From contig NC_090375.1 in the NCBI RefSeq assembly GCF_036365525.1, positions 101,688,922-101,752,921 on the forward strand: a stretch of DNA of 64,000 nucleotides, written 5' to 3'. This document shows positions 21,901 through 33,789 of this stretch, one piece after another. This DNA comes from Heterodontus francisci (Eukaryota). The position numbers and the translations under genes were made by a program. Within the stretch, counting starts at the first letter, position 1, and the number at the start of each line of letters is the position of its first letter. The notes beneath the pieces were generated by a model. The model had not been told where the DNA came from. It saw only the letters and a program-made list of their open reading frames with translations, and made no database searches.

Positions 21901-24856
21901 CTAAACATGTTGCCTATTTTCCAAGGGTCTGTATCTCTTTGCTTCCTGCCCATTCATGTATCTGCCGAGATACATCTTAAAAGACGCTATCGTGCCCGCA
22001 TCTACCATCTCCGCTGGCAACGCGTTCCAGGCACCCACCATCCTCTGCGTAAAGAACTTTCCACGCATATCCCCCCTAAACTTTACCCCTCTCACTTTGA
22101 ACTCGTGACCCCTAGTAATTGAATCCCCCACTCTGGGAAAAAGCTTCTTGTTATCCACCCTGTCTATACCTCTCATGATTTTGTACACCTCAATCAGGTC
22201 CCCCCTCAACCTCCGTCTTTCTAATGAAAATAATCCTAATCTACTCAACCTCTCTTCATAGCTAGCGCCCTCCATACCAGGCAACATCCTGGTGAACCTC
22301 CTCTGCACCCTCTCCAAAGCATCTACATCCTTTTGGTAATGTGGCGACCAGAACTGCACGCAGTATTCCAAATGTGGCCGAACCAAAGTCTTATACAACT
22401 GTAACATGACCTGCCAACTCTTGTACTCAATACCCCGTCCGATGAAGGAAAGCATGCCGTATGCCTTCTTGACCACTCTATTGACCTGCGTTGCCACCTT
22501 CAGGGAACAATGGACCTGAACACCCAAATCTCTCTGTACATCAATTTTCCCCAGGACTTTTCCATTTACTGTATAATTCACTCTTGAATTGGATCTTCCA
22601 AAATGCATCACCTCGCATTTGCCCTGATTGAACTCCATCTGCCATTTCTCTGCCCAACTCTCCAATCTATTTATATTCTGCTGTATTCTCTGACAGTCCC
22701 CTTCACTATCTGCTACTCCACCAATCTTAGTGTCGTCTGCAAACTTGCTAATCAGACCACCTATACTTTCCTCCAAATCATTTATGTATATCACAAACAA
22801 CAGTGGTCCCAACACGGATCCCTGTGGAACACCACTGGTCACACGTCTCCATTTTGAGAAACTCCCTTCCACTGCTACTCTCTGTCTCCTGTTGCCCAGC
22901 CAGTTCTTTATCCATCTAGCTAGTACACCCTGGACCCTATGCGACTTCACTTTCTCCATCAGCCTACCATGGGGAACCTTATCAAACGCCTTACTGAAGT
23001 CCATGTATATGACATCTACAGCCCTTCCCTCATCAATCAACTTTGTCACTTCCTCAAAGAATTCTATTAAGTTGGTAAGACATGACCTTCCCTGCACAAA
23101 ACCATGTTGCCTATCACTGATAAGCCCATTTTCTTCCAAATGGGAATAGATCCGATCCCTCAGTATCTTCTCCAGCAGCTTCCCTACCACTGACGTCAGG
23201 CTCACCGGTCTATAATTACCTAGATTTTCCCTGCTACCCTTCTTAAACAAGGGAACAACATTAGCAATTCTCCAGTCCTCCGGGACCTCACCCGTGTTTA
23301 AGGATGCTGCAAAAGATATCTGTTAAGGCCCCAACTATTTCCTCTCTCGCTTCCCACAGTAACCTAGGATAGATCCCATCCGGACCTGGGGACTTGTCCA
23401 CCTTAATGCCTTTTAGAATACCCAACACTTCCTCCCTCCTTATGCCGACTTGACCGAGAGTAATCAAACATCTGTCCCTAACCTCAACATCCATCATGTC
23501 CCTCTCCTCGGTGAATACCGATGCAAAGTACTCGTTTAGAATCTCACCCATTTTCTCTGACCCCACGCATAACTTTCCTCCTTTGTCCTTGAGTGAGCCA
23601 ATCCTTTCTCTAGTTACCCTCTTGCTCCTTATATATGAATAAAAGGCTTTGGGATTTTCCTTAACCCTGTTTGCTAAAGATATTTCATGACCCCTTTTAG
23701 CCCTCTTAATTCCTCGTTTCAGATTGGTCCGACATTCCCGATATTCTTTCAAAGCTTCGTCTTTCTTCAGCCTCCTAGACCTTATGTATGCTTCCTTTTT
23801 CCTCTTAGCTAGTCTCACAATTTCACCTGTCATCCATGGTTCCCTAATCTTGCCATTTCTATCCCTCATTTTCACAGGAACATGTCTCTCCTGCACGCTA
23901 ATCAACCTCTCTTTAAAAGCCTCCCACATATCAAATGTGGATTTACCTTCAAACAGCTGCTTCCAATCTACATTCCCCAGCTCCTGCCGAATTTTGGTAT
24001 AGTTGGCCTTCCCCCAATTTAGCACTCTTCCTTTGGGACCACTCTCGTCTTTGTCCATGAGTATTCTAAAACTTACGGAATTGTGATCACTATTCCCAAA
24101 GTCGTCCCCTACTGAAACGTCAACCACCTGGCCGGGCTCATTCCCCAACACCAGGTCCAGTATGGCCCCTTCCCGAGTTGGACTATTTACATACTGCTCT
24201 AGAAAACCCTCCTGGATGCTCCTTACAAATTCTGCTCCATCTGGACCTCTAACACTAAGTGAATCCCAGTCAATGTTGGGAAAATTAAAATATCCTATCA
24301 CCACCACCCTGTTGCTCCTACATCTTTCCATAATCTGTTTACATATTTGTACCTCTATCTCACACTCGCTGTTGGGAGGCCTGTAGTACAGCCCCAACAT
24401 TGTTACCGCACCCTTCCTATTTCTGAGTTCTGCCCATATTGCCTCACTGCTCGAGTCCTCCATAGTGCCCTCCTTCAGCACAGATGTGATATCCTCTTTG
24501 ACCAGTACTGCAACTCCTCCACCCCTTTTACCTCCCTCTCTATCCCGCCGGAAGCATCGATATCCTGGGATATTTAGTTGCCAATCATGCCCTTCCCTCA
24601 ACCAAGTCTCAGTAATAGCAATAACATCATACTCCCAGGTACTAATCCAGGCCCTAAGTTCATCTGCCTTACCTACTACACTTCTTGCATTAAAACAAAT
24701 GCACCTCAGACCACCAGTCCCTTTGCGTTCATCATCTGCTCCCTGTCTACTCTTTCTCTTTGTCATGCTTACTTCATTATTTAGTTCCTTACAGGCTTTA
24801 GTTACTACCTCCTTACTGTCCACTGACCTCATTTGGTTCCCATCCCCCTGCCACAT
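21901..24856 (-). pseudogene. CR1 ORF2 (APE endonuclease + reverse transcriptase), single frameshift near 23311
   Basis: CFNARS, TETWL, YYRPPN and SDHN in the endonuclease; QGSVLGP and FADD in the RT. The two ORFs join if one base of an A4 run is removed. Confidence 0.93.
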
Positions 24857-25789
24857 TAGTTTAAACCCTCCCCAACAGCGTTAGCAAAGGCACCCCCAAG
24901 GACATTGGTTCCAGTCCGGCCCAGGTGTAGACCGTCCAATTTGTAATAGTCCCACCTCCCCCAGAACCGGTCCCAATGTCCCAGAAATCTGAACCCCTCC
25001 CTCCTGCACCATCTCTCAAGCCACGCATTCATCCTGACTACTCTTTCATTTCTACTCTGACTATCACGTGGCACTGGTAGCAATCCTGAGATTACTACCA
25101 CTGAGGTCCTACTTTTTAACTTGGCTCCTAACTCCCTAAATTCTGCTTGTAGGACCTCATCCCGTTTTTTACCTATATCATTGGTGCCTCTGTGCACAAC
25201 GACAACTGGCTGTTCACCCTCCCCTTTCAGAATGCTCTGCAGCCGATCTGAGACATCCCTGACCCGTGCACCTGGGAGGCAACATACCATTCGGGAGTCT
25301 CGTTTTCGACCACAGAACCGCCTATCTACTCCCCTTACAATCGAATCCCCGATGACTATAGCCCTTCCACTCTTTTTCCCGCCCTTCCGAACAGCAGAGC
25401 CAGCCACGGTGCCATGAACCTGGCTGCTGCTGCCTTCCCCTGGTGTGCCATCTCCCTCAACAGTATCCAAAACAGTATACCTGTTTTGGAGGGAGATGAC
25501 CGCAGGGGACACCTGCGCTGCCTTCCTGCTCTTTCTCTGCCTTTTGGTCACCCTCAGCAATCCTGATCTGCGATGTGACCAATTCGCTAAACGTGCTATC
25601 CACGACCTCCTCAGCATCGCGGATGCTCCAAAGTGAGTCCATCCGCAGCTCCAGAGCCGTCATGCGGTCTAACAAGAGCTGCAGCTGGACATACTTCCAG
25701 CACGTGAAGGAGTCAGGGACATCAGCTGTGTCCCTGAGCTCCCACATTGAGCAAGAGGAGCATAACACGGGTCTGAGATCTCCTGCCAT
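24856..25789 (-). pseudogene. CR1 ORF1: zinc finger/coiled coil plus SGNH esterase, one frameshift near 25550
   Basis: CSSCSMWE...TCWKYVQLQLL at the N-terminus; VIGDSIVR, GTNDIG and DGLHL esterase motifs. Confidence 0.88.
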
Positions 25790-26355
25790 TTTCAATCTTA
25801 AGCTTAAGTTAGTCTTAACTTAGATAAACGAAAAAGGAACGAAAAGTTTTTACCAATCACACGAAAAAAAAATAAATAGAAAAAGCCTTACCTTATCTGC
25901 ACACCACCGATTCCTTCTTTTTGGTTAGAGGAGGAGGGCGGGTGGGAGACACGACAGGTGTAGTGTCTCGGGTTCAACCGCTGCCCAAATATATAGGACT
26001 TACTTACCCAGCTGCCACCTCGCTCTCCCTGTCGCCGCTGCAAAAAGAAACCGCCAAAACGAAAAGGTAAGTTTATGTAAGTTGTAAACTCACTTACCCA
26101 GCTGCCACCTCGCTCGCCCTGTCCCTGAGGACAATTCTGAGCATTACACTTCATGAAAGATGTAAAGACCTTAGAAAGGGTTAGACAGAAGAGGTTTACC
26201 AGGATGTTATCAGAGTTGAGGGACTTCAAATATAAAGAGAGATTGGATAAATTCAGACTATTCTCTTTGGAACAGAGAAGGTTGAGAGGTGACCTGATAG
26301 AGGTTTACAAAATGATGAGGGATTTTGATAGAGAAGTTAAAGAAAAATTAGTCCC

Positions 26356-27091
26356 CCTGGGGAAAATTGATGTCCAGAGAGATTTGGGTGTTCAGGTCCA
26401 TTGTTTCCTGAAGGTGGCAACGCAGGTCAATAGAGTGGTCAAGAAGGCATACGGCATGCTTTCCTTCATCGGACGGGGTATTGAGTACAAGAGTTGGCAG
26501 GTCATGTTACAGTTGTATAGGACTTTGGTTCGGCCACATTTGGAATACTGCGTGCAGTTCTGGTCGCCACATTACCAAAAGGATGTAGATGCTTTGGAGA
26601 GGGTGCAGAGGAGTTTCACCAGGATGTTGCCTGGTATGGAGGGCGCTAGCTATGAAGAGAGGTTGAGTAGATTAGGATTATTTTCATTAGAAAGACGGAG
26701 GTTGAGGGGGGACCTGATTGAGGTGTACAAAATCATGAGAGGTATAGACAGGGTGGATAACAAGAAGCTTTTTCCCAGAGTGGGGGATTCAATTACAAGG
26801 GGACACGAGTTCAAAGTGAAAGGGGAAAAGTTTAGGGGGGATATGCGTGGAAAGTTCTTTATGCAGAGGGTGGTGGGTGCATGGAACGCATTGCCAGCGG
26901 AGGTGGTAGACGCGGGCACGATAGCGTCTTTTAAGATGTATCTAGACAGATACATGAATGGGCAGGAAGTAAAGAGATACAGACCCTTAGAAAATAGGCG
27001 ACGGGTTTAGATAGAGGATTTGGATCGGCGTAGGCTTGGAGGGCCGAAGGGCCTGTTCCTGTGCTGTAATTTTATTTGTTCTTTGTTCTTT
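26356..27091 (+). mobile_element. 5'-truncated CR1 of the same family as 21815-26125
   Basis: Near-identical reverse complement of 21815-22553, with its own TTCTTTG tail. Confidence 0.93.
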
Positions 27092-27899
27092 GATGAGTGG
27101 GTAAATAACTAGAGGACATAGATTTAAAATCATTTTCAAAAGATCTAGAGAGGAGATGAGAAGAAATGTTTTCACTCAGAGAGATGTCAGGATCTCGAAT
27201 GCTGTACCTGAAAAGGTGGTGGAAGTGATTTCAGAAATAATTTAAGAGGGAGATGGACAGTTACTTGAAGATGAGAAATTTACAGTATTATGGACAAAAG
27301 GGGAAGATGTGGATCTGAGCACAACTATTCTTTCAATGAACCAGCACAGGCATGATGGGCTAAATGGCCTCCTTCGGTGGTCTAAGTTTCCATGATTCTA
27401 TAACTCTAACTACATTGTTGTTACTGTCTGTCAGGTTCGGTTCATTAGGTTAAAGGAAAATTGTCAAATGTTCAGAAATAAAGTCAAGTTCAGTTTAATT
27501 CAGTTAACTTCAGCTTAAAGCACAAAAAAATTGTGATGCATTCAATATTATTTTTTGAATTGGTAACATTTTGTAACTTCAAAGCCATGTAATTTGTTTC
27601 TTTTCCATTATGTTAATTAAGTGATCTACCTTACCACAAAACATACCTTTAACCTTAGACATCGGGAAAAGGCCTTGAAATTATACTGTGTGAATAGTCG
27701 CACATGAATGTTTTACACATTTATGTGAAGGTCCTTTGTTTTCTGTTTCAAGAGGTTCATATGTCTATTAAAATAGCAGTCACAAGAATTTTTTTACTAA
27801 CACATTAAACATATTCATATTCTTTATTTTCAAGGCCCTAATAAGCAATAAAAGCAAGGTACAAATTAAAGTAAATAAGCTCCAAGATATTCTGTCATG

Positions 27900-28400
27900 C
27901 AGTTGGTGTAAGTCGGTGATCAAGGAGGGTGGTGTGGGATCAATAAGCACATGGTGGGGGGGGGGGCGGGGGGTTCCAAACTTGGGTGGCGGTCAGTGAT
28001 CGCTGGGAGAAGGGGCAGGGGATGGTGCAGTTGTGTCGAGTGGGAAGCAAGTTTACTTGGGTGGGGGCAGGGGAAGCATTCCTGCTCCTCCTGGCCCATA
28101 AGCACTACCGGAAAAGTACTCACCTGTTTCATTCAGCAGTCCTCGCCTCCCGTTTGCTACCAAGTTTCCCGAGGCCTCTGAAACCTGGTTGGCCAGGGTT
28201 AAAGCTGAATGAGAGAGAGAGAAAATCTCAGGCACACAACCTTATTAAAATATTTAAATGAATGACCCACCTCCTGGGACCATGTCGGTCGCCTGCCTTC
28301 CGACCTGCCTTTGTTGAAACCAAAAGTGGGGGGTGATTTGTGTTCAAGGGAGGTTAGGTTTCAATTTGACTTTTTTGCATTTTAACATTCCACCTGACCC
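27900..28400. mobile_element. GC-rich Harbinger-type MITE fragment
   Basis: Similar to 15100-15290 and to the reverse complement of 44736-45240. Confidence 0.45.
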
Positions 28401-28495
28401 AAACCTACACCCAATTTATCTTGTGTATAGCTTATCACACAGCAATATATTATGTAGCACACTAAATCGGTATCAGAAACAAAACGAGGATAGAA

Positions 28496-30930
28496 GGGGT
28501 GCAGAACGACTCAGTTTTGCAGAGCAACCTATTGCGCACCAAGAATGCCTGAAAAAACTCCCATCCCAAACTAGGTTGGGGCCATTATTCAGGTGTCTGG
28601 GGAAGCTGGTTCATACAGGCGTTAGGCCTCTTACCTATGTAAATACCTGTTTTAGTCCCCTCACTAAAACTGGATTGTAATGCGTGGAACAGGAACCAGA
28701 CCTCCGCTTTCTTGCTGATCAATCATGACGTTTCTCTGACCTACTGACCTTTGTCTGAGACCTTTAGATGGACTACTCAGATGAAGAAATACATAAAAAA
28801 AAACCTACTGATTAAATTTATATTTATATATATATCTCTCTATAAATGACAAAATACTTGGACCCGAAAGGAATAGTTTGGCTCCGCTCTCGGGCACCGA
28901 GGCAGAAAAAAACTTGTATTATGCAACAGATATATCAAAACATACCGGATAATTTTCTATTAGTGAACATAGTTTTTAACTTCATTGCACAGAATTTCGC
29001 AACTGTGAATGCTCGGTCATTGAATATATTAAGACAAAGGTCAATAGATTTTGGGGTACTAAGGGATTTAAGAAATATGGGGATAATGCGGAAACGGGGA
29101 GTTGAGGTAGAGGAATAACCATGATCTTGTTGATGGCAGAGCGAGTTCGAAGGGTAAAATGGCCTACTCCTGCTCCTCTTCCTTATGTTCTTATGTTTGG
29201 AGCTGTCATCTACCCTTTGGAGATTTGGAGGTCTGGCCTGCACTTTAGAGTTCTGATCAATCAGATCAGGATGGTGTCATTTATGCTGCCTTAAATTGGA
29301 CATCAGATGAAGATGAAGATGACCAGCACTAGCAGCAGCAACAGCTTGCTGCTCACAGACCTGTAGCTCCACAGCAGAGAAGAGAGCAGCATAGGGTCTA
29401 CAGACAGTGGCTAATCTTCCTTGACGTGTCTGAAAACTAGTGTATCAGGATGTTGGGAGGTCAATAGTGTCATGTGAGGTGGCGGCAGGTATTTGTACCC
29501 TGCAGGAACATGGTCTGCTGCCAGATGAACCTGGTGGCCACATGTTACTAGTGACTGTCCAATTACCAACGTCCTCAATATCTTTACCTCTGGATCCTTC
29601 CAAGGCTCTACTGGAGATACTTGCAGGATCTCGCAGTCGGCAGCACACAAATACAAAATACTGATGGCTTGTTTGCCTGGGCTGGCAATTATGTCAACTT
29701 TGCTGATGATAACGCCAAGTGGGTACTCAAGTTTGCAGCTCTGGTTGGCTTCCCATAGGTGCAGGGTGCCATTGACTGCATACATGTGGCAACTAAGACA
29801 CCCATAGATCACCCAGGAGCGCTTGTCAACCACAAGGGCTTCCAATCCATCAAAGTATAGTTGGTTTGCAAACACAAAAAGATGCTTATGCAGGTATATA
29901 CAAGATTCCTAAGGAGCTGCCATGATGCTTTCACCTTGTGACAGTCCAACCTTCCAGATGTCTTCGCACCTGGAAGCAGTGTTATCAGTTGGCTTCTGGA
30001 GACGAATGACTCCCACTTAAAATGTGGCTAATGACACATCTCAGAAACCCAAAGAATGAGGCTCAGGAGCACTACAATGAATGTCATATAACCACCAGAT
30101 GTGTCATCAAGCAACCTATCGGCATTCTGAAGATGCACTCCTGGTGCTTGGACAGATGTGGAAGCGCCCTTCAGCATGCATCAGTCAGGGTCTCTGGAAT
30201 GGTCATGGTTTTCCGCACTCTGGTCAGCATTGTCCAGGAGTGAGGCTTGGACCTACAGGAGCCTCTCAGACGATTCTGAGGAGGAGGAGAAAGTCAAGGA
30301 TGAGGAGGAAGACGAAGAGGCAGCAGGTGATGTGGGCAATGCACCTCCATCTGCTTACGTTGCTGCCCAGGATGCCTTGATTATTGCAAAGCTCACTTAG
30401 ATTCCATCAGCACACCCATCCAGCAAGCAATGCAGAAGCCACTTCTCCTCCCACCCCATCTGCACTGTCCCACCCCTACCCAATGCCACTAACACAAAGC
30501 AGTCCTGCAAACAACCAAGCAACTCTTTCACATCTTTTCATTGATCGCCATCGATCCATGTCTTCCCATTCTTCATTAAACAGCTGGAAAGGCCACTTGC
30601 CAACCAGTAACCAATTTTAAATCTTTTTCCTACCACTGCTAGGTGGTGAAAATCCCATGGCTTCAGCAGAGGTACAGGCAGGCTGTCAGATCCCTGCTCT
30701 GACTGATAAGATGTTCTTGGTAGAAGTCTTCTGGGTTTTGAAGCACGTGAGGCTTCGCCAAAGACTACCACCTGCACCTGTGCAGGGGCAGATTCGGCCA
30801 TCGGGGCACGAGGCAGCATGTGGGGTACTGCGTCGAGGGTGGTGGTGAGGGCAGCAGGTGCTAGCACTGTGCTGGAAAACACTTTGCTGCAGATCAGGGG
30901 TGCTGAACGGCCAAGGCTAGGGTATCATTC
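28496..30930 (+). mobile_element. Decayed PIF/Harbinger transposon (transposase about 29270-30400)
   Basis: Remnants GFP*VQGAIDCIHVA, HKGFQSI, RFLRSCHDAF and WLMTHLRNP...LDRCGSALQH, plus an acidic tail; colinear with 54177-55384 and 60942-61550. Confidence 0.85.
29004..29197 (+). mobile_element. CR1 3'-tail fragment
   Basis: ATGGCCTACTCCTGCTCCT...CTTATGTTCTTATGT tail. Confidence 0.8.
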
Positions 30931-31764
30931 ATCTTATTTAAGGTAGCATCCAGAGTGTGCAAGCCATTGCCATTGCATGCACTTGTTCGACTACCTGCCA
31001 GTTGATATGTGCTATATTGCTGCAGCAAATTTGCAGCATTACAGTGATGAACAAGTCAGTATTGTGTCTGGTTGCCGCAGAATGGTGGTAAACATAAAGT
31101 CTTGGACTGTCGATAAGCAAAACCACCAAAGATTTATGAGTACAGAAGTGAGTTTGCAGACTCAAGTGATAATGATGTTCACTAAACTCTTTCAAATCAA
31201 TTTAAAATTTAGTTGTAATGTAAACTGTGAGATCACAACAGACAGAATGGTAATTGATTCAATCTTTTCAATACATCGTTCAGTTCTGTGTAAAAAAAAT
31301 GGCCTAACTAGAAACCACTGCCACATATTTTTATAATACTGCTTCTTCTGCTCTGAGTGTTTTTATTTATTGTATATCATTAAACAAATCAAATTCTTCA
31401 TCACCAGTTTCACAGTATTTTTTGTATAATTAGAGCTACGTTGCATATGCTATTAACTCTTGAAGATTTTCTGTATGTAGGAGTTCGCTATTGTCATTTT
31501 ATATTCTTTATTTTTGATTTTATGGCCTTTTTTCTTATATCTGGTTAATATGCACTAGGATGATTTCTTTGATCTCTATGCCATGCCATTTAACTGTTGA
31601 TCTTTCTCACTTAATTCTTCTAGCTAGAAGCCTTTATCCATATCCATATTTAAAAATACATTATTTTCCATTTTGATATTGAATTTTAATTAGCTTTTTT
31701 TTTGGATGGAGAAGACCTTTATTTTGCTAAAATCTCTTGATTCAGTTGACAATTATTTGTGCTG

Positions 31765-31870
31765 TTTCAATTGGCTCTGTAGTTGTCATGGCTGTGATTT
31801 CAGAGATTGATTGGTTATATTGAAATGTGCAGCAGATTGGTGGCAATGTGGTTGCTAAGGGAACATCTAT
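31765..31870. promoter_or_regulatory. Candidate RFX X-box / NF-Y (CCAAT) regulatory module
   Basis: ATTGG at 31770, 31810 and 31836; X-box-like GTTGTCATGGCTGT at 31782 and GTTGCTAAGGGAAC at 31851; lies in non-repetitive DNA. Confidence 0.4.
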
Positions 31871-32823
31871 TATTTAGAACAACATTTCCCCAGCAGTCAG
31901 AGGTTAATCTATGATCATGTTCTGTCACACTCAAATGGAAGAAAGAATTTCTCTCTGTGTTTCTTGTAATAAAATTATAAACCTGTTAATAAAGAATGGG
32001 TTTACAATGTTGTTACATATACTACACAGACAGACTCTTCTCCCATAGAGAATAAAAAGATTTCTGGGAAAATTGCTCACGATGGATATCATTTCTCGGA
32101 GCTGAATAGTATGATCTACAGAATAAATCAGGAGTTGGTTCTATAGATTTCTCCAGGCAACATAAGATGGAAAAAATAAGTGGGCTGTATGGACTTTGCT
32201 TAAATGAAAGTGCAAGATCTAGTCCTGAACTGTTATCTCAATTGGATTCTAACAATTACTACTAATACAAACTAAGGGAGCCTTGAAGTGACTTGTCCAT
32301 GGTAACATTTCCAGGAATCTTTATGCCCATGCTTCAGGAACAAAATCATAGTAATAAATATCATTGCTTAGTGAATATTTTTGATTTTATCAGCATGGAT
32401 GCTTTCTATTTGCTACTGCCTGTTCTTTATATTCCCTTTTTACATACTAATTGCATTATTTTTCTCTAACTTGTTCAAATTCTGTGTGCAATAATATCAA
32501 CCCTTGCATAAACAATCAGTTATCTATAAAGACAAATATTGATTTATTAACGAGAACTCAAAACTGTTTTAGGAGAAGGGGAGAAATGTCTTAAAGTTTG
32601 TGTACTTAAGTATGCTTAGGAGGAGACTACTCAAGTTGACTTTGACTAAAAAGTAATCATTGGAGATCTTTGAGAATGTCATCTTGATTTTTTTTTGTGC
32701 ACCAGTTTGAGAATTTCAGATGGAAGGTGAAATAAATCTACCAAGCGCTGCTGAAGTGCAAGAAACATAGCCTCTGTCTGGCAATGAGACAGAAGACACA
32801 GACGTATATCAGTAGGTATCAAA

Positions 32824-33183
32824 ATTAGATTAGATTAGATTAGAGATACAGCACTGAAACAGGCCCTTCGGCCCACCGAGTCTGTGCCGACCATCAACCA
32901 CCCAGTTATACTAATCCTACACTAATCCCATATTCCTACCCAACATCCCCACCTGACCCTATATTTCCCTACCACCTACCTATACTAGTGACAATTTATA
33001 AAGGCCAATTTACCTACCAACCTGCAAGTCTTTTGGCTTGTGGGAGGAAACCGGAGCACCCGGAGAAAACCCACGCAGACACAGGGAGAACTTGCAAACT
33101 CCACACAGGCAGTACCCAGAATCGAACCCGGGACCCTGGAGCTGTGAGGCGGCAGTGCTAACCACTGCGCCACTGTGCCGCCC
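32824..33183 (-). mobile_element. HE1-type V-SINE with (TCTAA)n tail
   Basis: Reverse complement of the 15516 and 58056 SINEs; intact A box and B box (GGTTCGATTCT). Confidence 0.93.
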
Positions 33184-33324
33184 ACTCCATAATATGTACT
33201 AAAGACTGTGATTTATCGACAAACGATGACCAATTTGAGGTGAATAGTAACTGCATAATTTTAGGATTGCTGACCATTTTCATCATCCTGGAAAGGGTTT
33301 TGGGGTTGAGTTATGTTTTAGAAC

Positions 33325-33420
33325 AAAGAAAGAAAGACTTGCATTTATATAGCATCTTTCACAGCCTCAGCAACTCCCAAAGCACTTTAGAGCCAATTAA
33401 GTACCTCTTTTATGAGTAGC
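33325..33420 (-). mobile_element. L2/DeuSINE-type 3' tail fragment
   Basis: Minus strand reads ...GATGCTATATAAATGCAAGTCTTTCTTTCTTT. Confidence 0.6.
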
Positions 33421-33789
33421 ACTTTACCATGTTTTACAAAAACCTCAAGGCACTTCCTCAGGAAAGCCTTATTCACAAGGTAGTGCACGTCACATCCAAG
33501 GGAGAAATGAGTTGGGAAACATGGCAGCTCAGGTCTGTGGATGGCACCTATTATGCATATGAATTATGCATGGGAACTATGGTAACTACAATAAGAAAAA
33601 TACCAATAGAGCTCAGATATGGAGGGAGGTTAGGGAATGTAATAGAGCAGATTTACACTTTGGAGCAAGTAGAAGACATGAACCAGACCTGCTGAAAGAT
33701 CAAAATCTGAGGCTTGCTTAGAAGTCAACAAAACTTTGAAGGCGAACTGAGAACAAGAGCAACTGCAAAATTGTGAACAACACTCAAAA

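Larger units (their letters stand above)
21815..26125 (-). mobile_element. Full-length young CR1 (HER1-like) LINE: 5'UTR, ORF1, ORF2 and (TTCTTTG)n tail
   Basis: Long ORFs 24856..25617, 23288..24856 and 21901..23250; tail at 21815-21837; 3' end shared with the HE1 SINEs. Confidence 0.96.
21670..27400 (+). mobile_element. Old CR1 3' fragment acting as host, in three pieces (21670-21814, 26128-26355, 27092-27400)
   Basis: The CR1 C-terminal peptide is colinear across both insertions (LYKSLAGPQL | MKDVKTLERV...EKLVP | ITRGHRFK); tail near 27390. Confidence 0.82.

Noticed and set aside
26153-27010. 285-aa ORF with an internally repeated domain
   Set aside because: Chance in-frame fusion of an old CR1 C-terminus with a younger CR1 inserted at 26356; not a gene.
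30872-30940. Similarity to 61478-61550 suggesting a segmental duplication
   Set aside because: Both lie at the same position in diverged copies of one Harbinger family.
31830-31866. MHC class II-type S-X-Y module
   Set aside because: The CCAAT box orientation relative to the X-box is opposite to the canonical module and no MHC exons follow; kept only as a generic RFX/NF-Y cluster.
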